NCBI RefSeq assembly: GCF_006345805.1
Contig: NC_042997.1
Coordinates: 210,428,001 to 210,492,000, forward strand
Direction of reading: 5' to 3'
From: Octopus sinensis
Lineage: Eukaryota
Length of the DNA: 64,000 bases
Shown here: positions 47,525-60,300 of the stretch, in pieces
Layout of the letters: each line of letters opens with the position of its first letter
Position numbering within the stretch: position 1 is the first letter of the stretch
Made by a program: the position numbers and the translations under genes
Notes under the pieces: generated by a model
The model's input: the letters and a program-made list of their open reading frames with translations, nothing else
Told to the model about the DNA's origin: nothing
Database searches by the model: none

Positions 47525-49092
47525 TAGCCATCTCTCTTTTCTTAGCCATTGCCTCTGCCATCACGTCACACCCTGTGGCTTCCTCTTGAAGTTCCACGCC
47601 ACCCCCTATTCCTCCCCCTCATCGAGCCCACCTTTGCCCGCCTCCTCATCCGTGCCACCATCCATTCCACCCGCTCCCCCCTTCACTCTCTTGACCACCA
47701 ACTTCCCCAGGTTTATCTCCTCCTCTCCTCCCTCTGCCCTTCACCCAACCCATGTTTCATTCTTAATCTCAACCACCAACTCCACCGATGAATGTATAAA
47801 CATTGATCAGGGAAGTGTGGGTGGGGGGGTTTAATTGCCCTTATTTCACTGAACTCATTCAGCAAACTCTTCGCATAACAAATTCCTTCTTTTGTACTTC
47901 TTCCAGCCTCATATACACGACCACGTGTGTATCGTTGGCGATCTTCTTTCTCCGTCTTCCCTTCCTTGGACTTTTTTTTTCTGTTTCTGACAAAGAGCTC
48001 CGCTCGAAACGTTAAGTCCTCCTCCTTCTTTCTTTCCTTTCCTGAGCGTCCAATAACACTATACTTGTTCCACGTCCTAGCGTTGTTGCGTTTTCTCTTT
48101 GTTCATGTTTGGATTAACTTTATATACCTCACGCTCACACGGACCCTGTGACTAACTTTGGATAACCAATTCCTGGAACTCTTACACCTGCGGATTACTG
48201 TTACCATTCATTCGGAGTACACCACTCTAATCGTGATTGGAAATCATCAAAAGTTTGTCCGTGACTCTTCCACTTTTTTTCGTCCTCTTTTTGTTCTTTC
48301 TTTCTAATTTCACTTTTCTCTTTTTGTTGCCACCATTTACACCTACACCTACATTCACACCCTCTCACCATGCCTGACCTCCACTCCTTCCTCCAATTCC
48401 TTCTTTGCCGTTTTCTTGCCTTTTTTCAACCACAATGCTTGCAACCCACAAAAAAACTCTCTCACATGCTTTTTAAAAAACTCATCACTCTAACCATCTC
48501 TCTTTTCTTAGCCGTTGCCTCCGCCATCACGTCACACCCCGTGGTTTCCTCTTGAAGTTCCATGCCACCCCCTATTCCTCTCTCCTCATCAAGCCCCCTC
48601 TCGCCTGCACTTCCCGCCTCCTCATCCGTACCACCATCCGTTCCACCCGCTCCCTCCTTCACTCTCTTGACCACCAGCTTCCCTAGGCTCACCTCCTCCC
48701 TCTGTCCTCCACCCTTCTCCCAACCCATTCTCCGCTTCATTCTTAATCTCAACCACCAACTCCACAATTTCCTCACACACACAAAAAACGAAAAACACCA
48801 CCTGCTCAACCCTTCACCTCCTTCCTTTACCACACCCCCTCCCCTTCAGCTTCCCCGACCCCTCCAGGCCAATTCAGTAGCCTAGACTTGTTCGTGCACG
48901 GCTGCAATGCATTGGTCAACCGATTCAATTTCAAAAAGTGATCCCCCCCCCGAGCCAACCTCACCCATGCTGAATCGATTGCCCTTTGTGACCTCCGTCG
49001 CCGTGACAACATTGTCATCAAACCGGCACACAAAGGTGGTGCAGTGGTGGTGTGGCGCGCGGACCTCTACAGAGAGGAAGCGCTTAGCCAGT
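47525..49092 (+). mobile_element. Penelope-like retroelement fragment (repeat region plus 5' part of the RT ORF), truncated by a SINE
   Basis: 48958-49092 translates NLTHAESIALCDLRRRDNIVIKPAHKGGAVVVWRADLYREEALSQ (IKPADKG motif at the PLE RT N-terminus). 47525-47785 is a partial copy of about 48497-48770. Hammerhead-like motif at 47987-48018. Confidence 0.8.
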
Positions 49093-51229
49093 GTTGGTGG
49101 TATGCAATAAGCACCATTCATGCGTGGGTCGCCTGCCTGACTCCCCGTGCCAGGAGCACATAAAAAGCACCATCCAAATGTGGTCGATGCCAGCCGACCC
49201 CGACCCCCATCCTGACTGGCTCCCATGCCAGTGGCAGGAAAAAGGCACCCACTACACTCTCGGAGTGGTTGCTGTTAGGGCATCCAGCTTACCAGATCAG
49301 ATTGGAGCCTAGTCTGGCCTCCTGGATTGCCAGTTCCCCCCCCACCAGTCGAACCGTCCAACCCATACCAGCATGGGAAACAGATGTTAAACGATGCTAG
49401 TGCTAAAGGCATTCTTTGTTTCAATATCAAATGGTACCTTCTTGAGCTAGTTCCCAGCATCACCGAATTCTTTCTCTATTCGCCCCTTACATCTAACTCT
49501 GACTGTTACACAGGCTTATTTCTAATTGCCCTTTCCAATATTTCAAAGATGATGGAGGTAATTTTTAAATAATTCCCTCCTTTGCGACCAATGATATAGT
49601 TTCTATATAAAAAAACCCAAAACCCTGAAAACTGCTTGCTCTCTCTCTCTCTCTCTTCTCCATGACCCTGGAAAGACTGCTTAGCAACCAGCAGCTTCTG
49701 CTCTCAAGCAACCAGTGGTCTCTCATTGTTGAAATTTGAAATATCTTGATATCAGAACCTTGAATAATCTCTCCAATTCCCAACAAAACACTGTGGTTTA
49801 TTCTGACCCTCTCCATCTCTTATTCAAACTCCTGGACTTTATCTCCCAAATGACCCCACATACATTTCCAAAAGTGCCAGGATGTTTCAAGGACAGGCGT
49901 ACCTTAGTCCTGAGAACAGCTGTCAATCATTAAACTTGGAGTTTGGTGTATAACTCTAGTCCTAATGTGACAAGTACTCTGTCCATTATACGGCAGCTTT
50001 GATGCTCCTCTTCCTCTTCCTCACATGCAGCTGACTATCCTCACTTCCACCCAGCTTTACAAGCTTTGGATCACCAGAAACTGTGCAGAAACCTGCAATT
50101 TAAACCACTCATTTTGCCACTGGTTCTACCTAAGGATTTCTTTCTTTGCCCACAGGGGGCTACACATAGAGGGGACAAACAAGGACAAAGGGATTGTCGA
50201 TTGCATCGACCCCAGTGCGTAACTGGTACTTATTTAATCGACCCCAGAAAGATGAAAGGCAAAGTTGACCTCAGCAGAATTTGAACTCAGAATGTAGCGG
50301 CAGATGAAATACCGCTAAGCATTTCACCCGGCATGCTAACGTTTCTGCCAGCTCGCCGTTCTGCTGAAGGATTACATTTAATGGTATGTCTTTGGAAACT
50401 CAGCCATTTACAGGTCAGTTCAATGGAGTTTTGGTTCTGAAACATTTGAAGATTGGAGAGCAATTATAATTGTCTTAACATTTGGTTTAATGGGGAAAAG
50501 GAGGAACCCTTAAAGATCTCAATATTGGTTAAATAAAAAGGCGGCGAGCTGGCAGAACCGTTAGCACGCCGGGCGACCTGCGTAGCCGTATTTCGTCTAT
50601 CGTTACGTTCCAAGTTCAAATTCCACCGAGGTCGACTTTGCCTTTCATCCTTTCGAGATCAATAAATTAAGTATCAGTTACGCACTGGGGTCGATGTAAT
50701 CAACTTAATCCCTTTGTCTGTCTTTGTTTGTCCCCTCTGTGTTTAGCCCCTTGTGGGCAGTAAAGAAATGTATATTTTCCGCCGAGGTCGACTTTGCCTT
50801 TCATCCTTTCGGGATCAATAAATTAAGTACCAGTTACGCACTGGGGTCGATGTAATCAACTTAATCCCTTTGTCTGTCTTTGTTTGTCCCCTCTGTGTTT
50901 AGCCCCTTGTGGGTAATAAAGAAATATATATTGGTTAAATACAAATTGAGATGAGATTTTGTATTTCTATAAAATCTTTAGTTATTAATGACTGTTCAAA
51001 TATATAGAATTTTGGCAGTTTTCTGGTGGGCCAGAATATCTCAAATACCAAGTGATTTGAAAGTCATCAGTTATCCCAAATTTCGGTCTTTTATGACCAT
51101 GCTGGAGCATTATTTTGAAGGGCTTTTCATTAAATGAACCTCAGTACTGTGTTTTGCCTGGTGGTGGTTCAGCAAAACAAGCCCAAATAACTAATTCCAA
51201 CTTTGGCAACAAATGGTGAAGAATTTCAT

Positions 51230-51690
51230 CCTTACTGCTATGGACCCTCTCTTTGCTTTGATTCCTGCCTCTGTTGATGGTTGTTGTGCATTCAGCCAAA
51301 GGTTATCCGCTCCATTCTTTGGTCATCCAGTTAATATCTTAATCTCACCTTTTGTTTTCCGTTTATTCTTCCCTCTTGGATTCAGGTGTTGGAGTTCATC
51401 CCCGGAATACTTCAGTTTTCTCTTTATAACAGAAACCAAAGATTCTCTTTCTGTTGTCATTTCTTCAAATACATTTGGTCAATGCTTTGGTGGAACAGTC
51501 TTTCAAATGTCTTGAGTTTGCTCTTAGAATCCAGCTTTCACATTCATTTGGTGCAACAGGTGAAACCAATGTCTTCGTCAACTATAATTTGTTGCTCTTG
51601 TTAACAGCTTTGACTTTCCAAGTTTTAGCGACTGATTTTAAGGCTGATCTTGATATCCTCAGATCTGCCCTTATTTCATGGCTTCTCTCT
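51230..51690 (-). mobile_element. Highly decayed RTE-type LINE 3' fragment
   Basis: The - strand gives LVSPVAPNECESWIL (cf. LVFPV.LYGCESWT) and VIKRKLKY-like segments with frameshifts. Confidence 0.55.
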
Positions 51691-54600
51691 CTCTCTCTCT
51701 TACGGCAGCACACTGATACTTGACCTTGGTGACCTGGTCTGAAGGTCAACCCCTTGGCTTTAGGTGCTGAGTTATTCTGCTGCTTTGGTCAATGCCACGA
51801 CATTTGTCTTTGGATTGATTTCTGGCTAGTGCACTTTCTACCATGTCCAGTAATCTTTTCTACTCTACAAGGCCCGAAATTTTTGGGGAGGGAGCCAGTC
51901 GATTAGATCAACCCCAGTATGCAACTGGTACTTAATTCATTGACCCCGAAAGGATGAAAGGCAGTCAACCTCAGCGGAGTTTGAACTCAGAATGTAAAGA
52001 CAGATAAAATATCCCTAAGCATTTCGCCTGGCATGCTAATGTTCCTTATTTCTTTATTGCCCACAAAGGGCTAAATATAGAGGGGACAAACAAGGATAGA
52101 CAAAGGGATTAAGTCGATTATATCGACTCCAGTGCGTAACTGGTACTTAATTTATCGACCCCCCGATAGAATGAAAGGCAAAGTCGACCTTGGCAGAATT
52201 TGAACTCAGAACGTAAAGACAGATCAAATACCACTAAGAATTTCACCTTGCGTGCTAACGTTTCTGCCAGCTTGCAGCCTGACCCTGTCCAGTTACCTGT
52301 CATACGTCTGGTGTTGCAATAAGGACTAGATTGTTCAGCAAACTGTAGGTTGTCCATGTGGGGCATTTCTATAAAGGCCGTCTCGTGGTGGGGCCTTTCT
52401 ATAAAGGCCATCTCCTGGTATACTGGTGCTAAATAAAAAAAGCCAAGTGGTTGGCACTAGGTAGGGTGTACAGCTGTAGAAATCAAGCCAAATTAGACTG
52501 GGACCTGGTGTCTCTCCAGCCTTGCCAGCTCCTCTCGAACCATCAAGTTCATGCCAACATGGAAAATAAATGATGATGATCATTTATTTTAAAGGTATCA
52601 GCTCTTTAACCATTTCATTACTGTTTTCATTTTGAGATGCTCTGTGTTTCTTTCAATTACTTTAAATACAACAAAGAATTCAGTAAAATAAGTCACAATT
52701 TATGTTCCTAACACTATCTTAATGATAACTAAGGTTTGGTGAAAGATTTTAATTCAAAACTTATGAAAACAAGACATTTGTACTCAGAGCCAGTTTCAGC
52801 CGGGTTGGTAACAAAAGGGTTAATCATTAATAACACAGTTACATAAATTAAAACAATTTATTCATAAATTCAATAATTTTAATTTTGGCAAAGAATATTG
52901 AAATCATATAAAAATAGTTTTCTTTACATATCGCATTGCCTCGACAGATACTTCAACCTTTTATTAATTGTCAATACTAGGTTTGTCTTTGAACAGCAAA
53001 CATTTACAGATAGATATGGTATTCTGAATAAGGCAATATTATTTTTTTTGTCTGAGCAGTGGGTTTACGAATATTTTAAAGGACTTTTAACTTCAGTAAA
53101 ACCTGGTCAGAATTTCATTTTAAAAAAAAGCGTTCCTTTTTTTTTTCTTTGAAAAAAAAAAAAAAACTGCAAATTTGGCACAAAAACACTTTAAACTTGG
53201 AATTGTGATCCCAGCTTAATTACAGAGGAACCTTTGTTTGTTTGAGGTCTCTCTGTAATGGAATGCAAGAACTGGAATCATGAATTCGTTAATTATTCTG
53301 TTGATTTCTAAAGACAGATTGTTTTTTTTTTTTTGTTTTTTTTATCAAAAATATTTGGGTTTTAATTTTCTGATATTTTTAATTCCTGAAATTGGGAGAA
53401 TTTCAGGCTTAGTGAAGATATTGACTGGATATATTTTAGTGTTGGTGTGAAAGTGGACCTGAAGGGGGTTGCACAGGCACGTGGCTATGGAGTTTTGAAA
53501 GAGTTTAATATTGCTTAGTAGATGTCCACCTGGAATAGCAATCGACATTGAACAGAATTCAAAACAGGACAATCAGGTATTTTCACCATCTTTGAATTAA
53601 AACTTAATACTTATTTCTTTACTACCCACAAGGGGCTACACACAGAGGGGGAAAACAAGGACAGACAAATGGATTAAGTCGATTATATCGACCCCAGTGC
53701 ATAATTGGTACTAATTTATCGACCCCAAAAGGATGAAAGGCAAAGTCGGCCTTGGCGGAATTTGAACTCAGAACGTAGCGGCAGATGAAATACTGCTAAG
53801 CAATTTGCCTGGCGTGCTAACGATTCTGCCAGCTTGCCGCCTGTTAAACTTAATACTGGCACCTAAATAAAACAAGGTACCACAAACCGGAGGTCTAGTT
53901 GTCTGCTGTGGCTAACAGAATTCCCAAACTTATTCCATTACCATTCGATGCTTTGCATATTGTAAGAAATAGTAGATGGAATTGGTCAATGTTGTGTTGG
54001 TTGGTGTTCTTCCAAAGACAATGAAATATGCTTTCAGGCGCCACTTCTGTGATTCCGTGGTTCAAGAAGAGAACACAAGAAGCATCCCTGTTAATCAGTT
54101 TCTGTTTGTTACTCGTTAAACCATTTCTCAGCTTATTTCAGGTGACTAGTTATGTATTAATTAGAAATATTTGGAGCGGGGGGGATCAAATATGTCTTGG
54201 AGGAATTAGGAGGATTATCAAACTACTGCCCCCCCCCTCAGTCTTTAAAAGAGAGTTGCAATTGTTTTTCAGTTTTTGAAACCCAGTCCCAGTCCTAATT
54301 GATTATCATTTTTCAGATGGAAACGGTAAAACTGTTTGGGACTTTCCTTTATTTTGGGGTTTCAGTCATATCATTTCCATTTTTCAGCCCAGTACGTCTT
54401 TAGTCTCAGATCAGCAGTCCAGTTGTGGCCATCCCCGCTTTCTTTTTTTCTGAACAATGAATAACATGTGATACTGAAGGGTGAATCGTAAAATAAATGG
54501 ATGAGTTTTTTTTGTCTATAAATGTTGGAACATTCTGGAAAAGGACTGATGGATCCAGGGAATGTATCAAATAATGGGATTTGAGTTGTGATGATTAAGG

Positions 54601-55636
54601 AGAAATGATGTAAAATGGCTGCAAGGACTCTTGGTATCAAGAAGAGTTGAGATCAAATGATAAACATTATCTCACTGCCCAGAATGTGTGTGTTGAGATG
54701 TGATGGTTGTAAATCGTGCAAGCAATGTCGGTCGTTTCTTCTGGCCATGGAGAAATTTTGCCTTGCTTGGAAACGGGGGAAGGTTGGGGACAGAAAAGGC
54801 ATCCAGTCATAGAAAGTAGACTTCACCCAATTCCGTCTAACTCCTGCAGGGAAAGGTGGACATTAAAAGGATAACGATAATTCCAATAAATAGTTAGTGG
54901 TTGAACAATCTCATTTAAAGAGTTCCTGTTCTCATTTTTTTTCCCCCACCTAAAAATTAAGATATTTTGTAATCTACCCCAGATTGTCAAATTTATATTA
55001 TTTCTCTAGTAAAACTAAAATACATCCAAAATATTTCCCTGTGCATCCAACTGTCCAGTCATGTTGCATAGTTGGGAGAGATAGTTTGTTGTTTGTAATA
55101 AACCAACTAAATTAGTTGCTCAGTAATTAAAGATACTATTTTCTTTCATGGAATGGCAGAGGGGAGACTAAAATATTCTCAAATAAATAAATAAAATTTA
55201 AAAAAAAACCCCAAAAGTTATTGAATTGGAGCCAAGATCAATGCAGCAGACCATGTCTGTTAACTTCCTGACATGACCACCACTGACTAAAACAGTTGAT
55301 ACAAGGCTTGTTAATAAACTCTGAATACAATTGAAATAGCATTAAATAATACAGCTTTTTATATATCCTACTTTGGTGTGTGTAGACACTGGTGCCAGGC
55401 ATGATGCTGGGGGTTCTGTGGTTAAAAAAACCCCCCAAAAAACATGTGACAATTTCAAGATGGCTGAAATGTGTCTGACATTAATAAGGGTCCAACACAA
55501 AATGGCTATAAAGAGATTTCTCTCAGACAAAAAAGAAAATATACATCCCCTTCCAATGATGTATATACTTTTCAAGTATGGCACATGGTTGCTTATTAAT
55601 ATGAAGAGTCTTTCGGTGACTTAAGATTATATTTAA

Positions 55637-55929
55637 CTAGCAGTTTCGCCTGGCGTTGCTCGGGTTTGTAAGGGAAACAACTATATAAGTATTTTTCTAG
55701 AGTTACTTCCCTTATATAAACCGAGCAAAAATGCATTAATAATGCGGAAAAATGATGGTAAATTATTTTTAAAATCTTAGACTCATGCTAACACCCAGAA
55801 GGGCTTAATATGAATCACGACTATAAGATACCCGGTTTTGGTTAAACTGCACCGCAAAATATGGGTGTAGTTAGGAATCTAAATCGGAGTAGACAGACAC
55901 TCACACAACTTCACTTTTATATATAAAGA
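55637..55929 (-). mobile_element. Non-autonomous Helitron copy
   Basis: A|CTAG..TTTTATATATAAAGA|T, homologous to 12854-13150. Confidence 0.78.
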
Positions 55930-57395
55930 TAATTCCATTCTCATCAAAATCTTGATTGCTGAAGCAAGGACTAAGATCAAGATTTTAGTCAAAGTAACAG
56001 AGGAGGAGGAACACTTTGTTAGTTTTGATGTGAATCAGAATGATTTTGTTTAATATTCCAAAACTAGAAATTACTTTCAAGCTTCGCTGAAAAGATTAAT
56101 TACAAACTTTTCTAAGAAACTTGTTATGGAAGAAAGTCTTCATAACAACCAAAGTCACAATTCCTGCTCTGGTTATTTATTTTTTTTTCTTTACGTAAGA
56201 ATTGATTGTTAAAATAATTTCTAATCTGCCAAAAATTGCCAAATTTTATTGGCAGATTTTGTGTTTTCTCCGAATAAAACTAAAATAAAATGAATCCTAA
56301 TTCACTTAATGACAGCTATTTCACATCAAACAAATTATACAGGGAGGGCTTCTTGCTGTGAAACTGGCTTCGTTAATGTATAATCACCCAACCTTTTACA
56401 AGGCTGGAAGGACACACACACTCAACAAATTAGATGTGAAGCATCTTCCTTTTCAGGGGATTGGAGATCTTTTCTCACCTAATTTAATATCAAGTATAAA
56501 AATGATTGATTTATACACAAACTAACCTTCAATTCTCTAAATTTGTAGAGGAAAATGGTTTAAGAATGGGGAACATATTCCCAGAACATTCATTCATATA
56601 TGTTATGAATGGATTTGATGCACAGAAATTGAAAAAAAGACTGTTTGCATCAGTATTTCTCTAAAAATTGATGAGATAGAAGCATTAAATATCATTTTCT
56701 TTGTTAAATTGTTTGGCTTCATGACTTTAAAGACAGTCTCAGAGATCCCTTATTTGATAAATAGTTAAGGGTTAGACAGGATGGGCATCTGGTTGTAAAA
56801 CCAATGTCACAATAAGACACTCCTCTAACTCATGCTAGCATGGAAAGACAATTGTAACAATGAACATAAAAAAAAAATGGTAGCAAGCCTATTTTTCTGA
56901 AAATCTAGATACCATGTATTTTCTGTATGGATATAATCATCATCATCATCACTCTCAGAACATTTGGGATGTCTCTTCAGAGAGAGAGAGAAATCAGGAA
57001 TTTATGAAGAGAATCATTTGAAAATATTTCTGGCATATTTCGGATCACTACTGCAATCTCTGGAAGGTGAAATTCAGAAATATCAGGACAATGGTTGTTG
57101 AAGGTTGACAGGAAATTCTAATATAAAATGACCAATTTATATCAGAACTGAGTGGTGGCCATACAAACCAAGGGACATTTTTGGTTGATCAGTTTTTTTT
57201 TTTTCCGCACCATGATTAGTATTACTATTCAAGAAAATGGTTCTTGTAGACAGTCTGCAAGTCTGGAATGTTACAGGCAGCTGGTTGAGGTTGCTTTCTG
57301 TTTGTAAAACCAACAGCAATCATTCTGTCCAAACTTTAAAGACAATCAATTAATTGGAATTTTGAGATTTGTATTAATTAAATCAACCAATGAAG

Positions 57396-60300
57396 TTAAC
57401 GATTACTGCTGCTGGTGCTGTTGTTGTTGTTGTAGTTTGTGTTACTGATCAACTGTGGGATGAAGGTGAACGGCGGCAGATTATCTCGCAGGTGTTGAGG
57501 TGATAAAATATCTTCAGACCGACATCTTCGCATGGAATCTGGATGTGATGGACTTGATGATAATGAGGGTTTCGTATTCACTATCTCCTGGCTGCGGGCC
57601 AAGATATTTAAGGCTGTCTCATAGTTCGGAGGGGGAGTGACTGGAACGTTCACCGAGAAAGATTGCTGAAAATTTAAAAGATTCAAAAGATAAACAATTA
57701 GAATTACTTCGTTACAATTATCATTAAAATAATCGTTACAACACCTTTGTATTGTTGTATTACAATAACTGTTAAAAAGACAATTACAATTTATAAAACA
57801 GTTATAATTTCACAGGAGTGGCTGTGTGGTAAGTAGCTTGCTTACCAACCACATGGTTCCGGGTTCAGTCCCACTGCGTGACACCCTGGGCAAGTGTCTT
57901 CTACTATAGCCTTGGGCCAACCAAAGCCTTGTGAGTGGATTTGGTAGACGGAAACTGAAAGAAGCCCGTCATATGTATGTGTATGTGTGTGACTGTGTTT
58001 ATCCCTCCAACATCGCTTGACAACCGATGCTGGTGTGTTTACGTCCCCCATAACTTAGCGGTTCGGCAAAAGAGACCGATAGAGTAAGTACTAGGTTTAC
58101 AAAGAATAAGTCCTGGGGTTGATTTGCTCGACTAAAGTCGGTACTCCAGCATGGCCACAGTCAAATGACTGACATGAACAACAGAATTACACCTTTTAAT
58201 TGTCTCCTTAGTGACTTTCTTCAAATGATCCTTTTAAGACCTTTTAATCCCTTGATGGCACTGTTATTTATTGGTCATTGTTAGTTGTCTGGCATTTTTA
58301 AAGTAACTTTACCACACACCATACAATACATGGACAAGTCTATCTACATTCAGAGAATGAAGGGGTGTTTTTTGCCCTTGGTTGGCAAGTTTTTAACTCT
58401 GAATTCTATGATAGCAAAAGAAGATGAAATAGAAAACGGTTTCCAGGAGAACTCTCACATCTTTTGGATGTGAAACCAGGAAACATTTCCCAATTTTTCA
58501 AAGTATTTAAACAGTCATATGTTGTGGTCATGGCAGGATTAGTCAACTATCACCCCTCCTCTGCTGTGACTGACAGAGAAACTGGTAGCCTCCATGGTTG
58601 TCCGAGTGGTAGACACATGAAAAATGTCTCCATGTGAAAGGAAACTCATTCAGAATGGCAGAGGTGAAGAACTGTAGTTGATGTGAAACAAAGTTGGAAC
58701 TCCAGCCATTATTGACAACTGTTGTTGTTGTGAAGCAACAAGACAGGTAAGGGTGATTAGGTGATGGTCTAGGGCTTAGGGGCGGGAGACCCCAGACCTT
58801 CGGGGGAAAAAAAAAAAAAACTTTGGTCGTTTTGTTGTGGTCAAGGGCTCTTTGTTGACGCCCAACACCACTGGGAGGTGGCTCTTGAAGTCGCTGGAAA
58901 TGGAGATCTTCAGGTCCAAATTCTTGAACGGCTGACTGTTTGTACACTAAGGGTTAGGGGCTAAATGGTCCTTGTTATTATCAGACATTTATTTCTTTGA
59001 AGCAGCTTCGTTTTGTCTGAACTCACACAGACCTTGTGAAGCGAATGACTTAATACCAGTCCAACCATTTTAAATTTAATTGTAAGACGTAAGAAACTGA
59101 ATCTCAAACCATTTCCAGAATATTGGGAAGGGAAGTGGGAAAAGTAGTGTTATGATAGGTTAGTGGGGTTCTTAGCTTAGAATTTTGGTTCTATTGTATC
59201 ACTGGTGCTATGGATCAATAAGTTTACAAAGGTCATATTGAGATTTCCATTTGCTCCAATGGGTCCACAGCCAACAACCCTGAACATTCAACATGCTTGA
59301 CTAAACAATCTGATATAAATAAAGAAAAAAAAATACTGAGGAGACCTGTTGAGTCAAGTACATGAACATCGAAACAAATATCAATGGAAATAGTAGTTGT
59401 GATACCTGTGCCGGTGGCACATAAAAAGCACCATCCGAACGTGGCCAATGCCAGCGCCACCTCGACTGGCTTCTGTGCCGGTGGCACATAAAAAGCACCA
59501 TTCAAACGTGGCTGATGCCAGCGCCTCCTTGACTGGCTTCTGTGCTGGTGGCACGTTAAAAGCACCAACTGATCGCGGCCGATGCCAGCCTCCCCTGGCA
59601 CTTGTGACGGTGGCACGTAAAACGCACCCTCTACACTCACGGAGTGGTTGGCATTAGGAAGGAATCCAGCTGTAGAAACACTGCCAGATCAGACTGGAGC
59701 CTGGTGCAGCCCCTGGCTTCCCAGACCCCGGTCGAACCGTCCAACCCGTGCTAGCATGGAAAACAGGTGTTAAACGATGATGATGATGATGATGATTGAA
59801 TTAATGTCTTGATCTGTTGAGAAACTTCTGACCCAAACTGATGAAAACTGTCTGGAACAAATTTGAATTTCCAAAATCAGTTCTGTGGAATCACAGAATT
59901 CTGAAAACAAAAACAATTCCTTATTTCTGGCACCTGATTCAGTCCATACTTCACAGATGTTATTAAGACACAGAATATTGATTTGTAAATGTATATACAA
60001 TACAGTTCTATTGGAGTGGCCCTTTTGGTACGGAACCATATTCCCAACAGAATATAAATTGTTCTACAAACTTGCCAAGGCACTGGGCTGATGGCCTAAT
60101 TCTTTCTCTACCAGAAGTTTCAACTCCAAAGTCAATTTCAACTGAAATCATCCTACAACTTGTTGATTAAACCCCAAAAATTCTTTTGGAGCAACACAAC
60201 AAATAATATATTCTGCTCAACAAGAAGCTAGTATTTCTGGTTCTAAAATAAGGCACTTTGATATTAATGTATAGAATGTATCTCAATAAAATATACCATT

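Noticed and set aside
49870-49930. GCFKDRR as a WSC-domain exon
   Set aside because: There are no matching splice sites or further Cys pattern; likely chance.
54317-54325. 9-nt micro-exon-like TTTTCAG|ATGGAAACG|GTAAAA
   Set aside because: No + strand gene model exists here to attach it to, and such sites arise by chance in AT-rich DNA.
58543-58947. 134-aa - strand ORF as an internal exon of the PPxY gene
   Set aside because: Its acceptor implies phase 1 while the flanking exons join in phase 0, no convincing donor was found, and it runs through a T14 tract. It could still be transcribed in another isoform.
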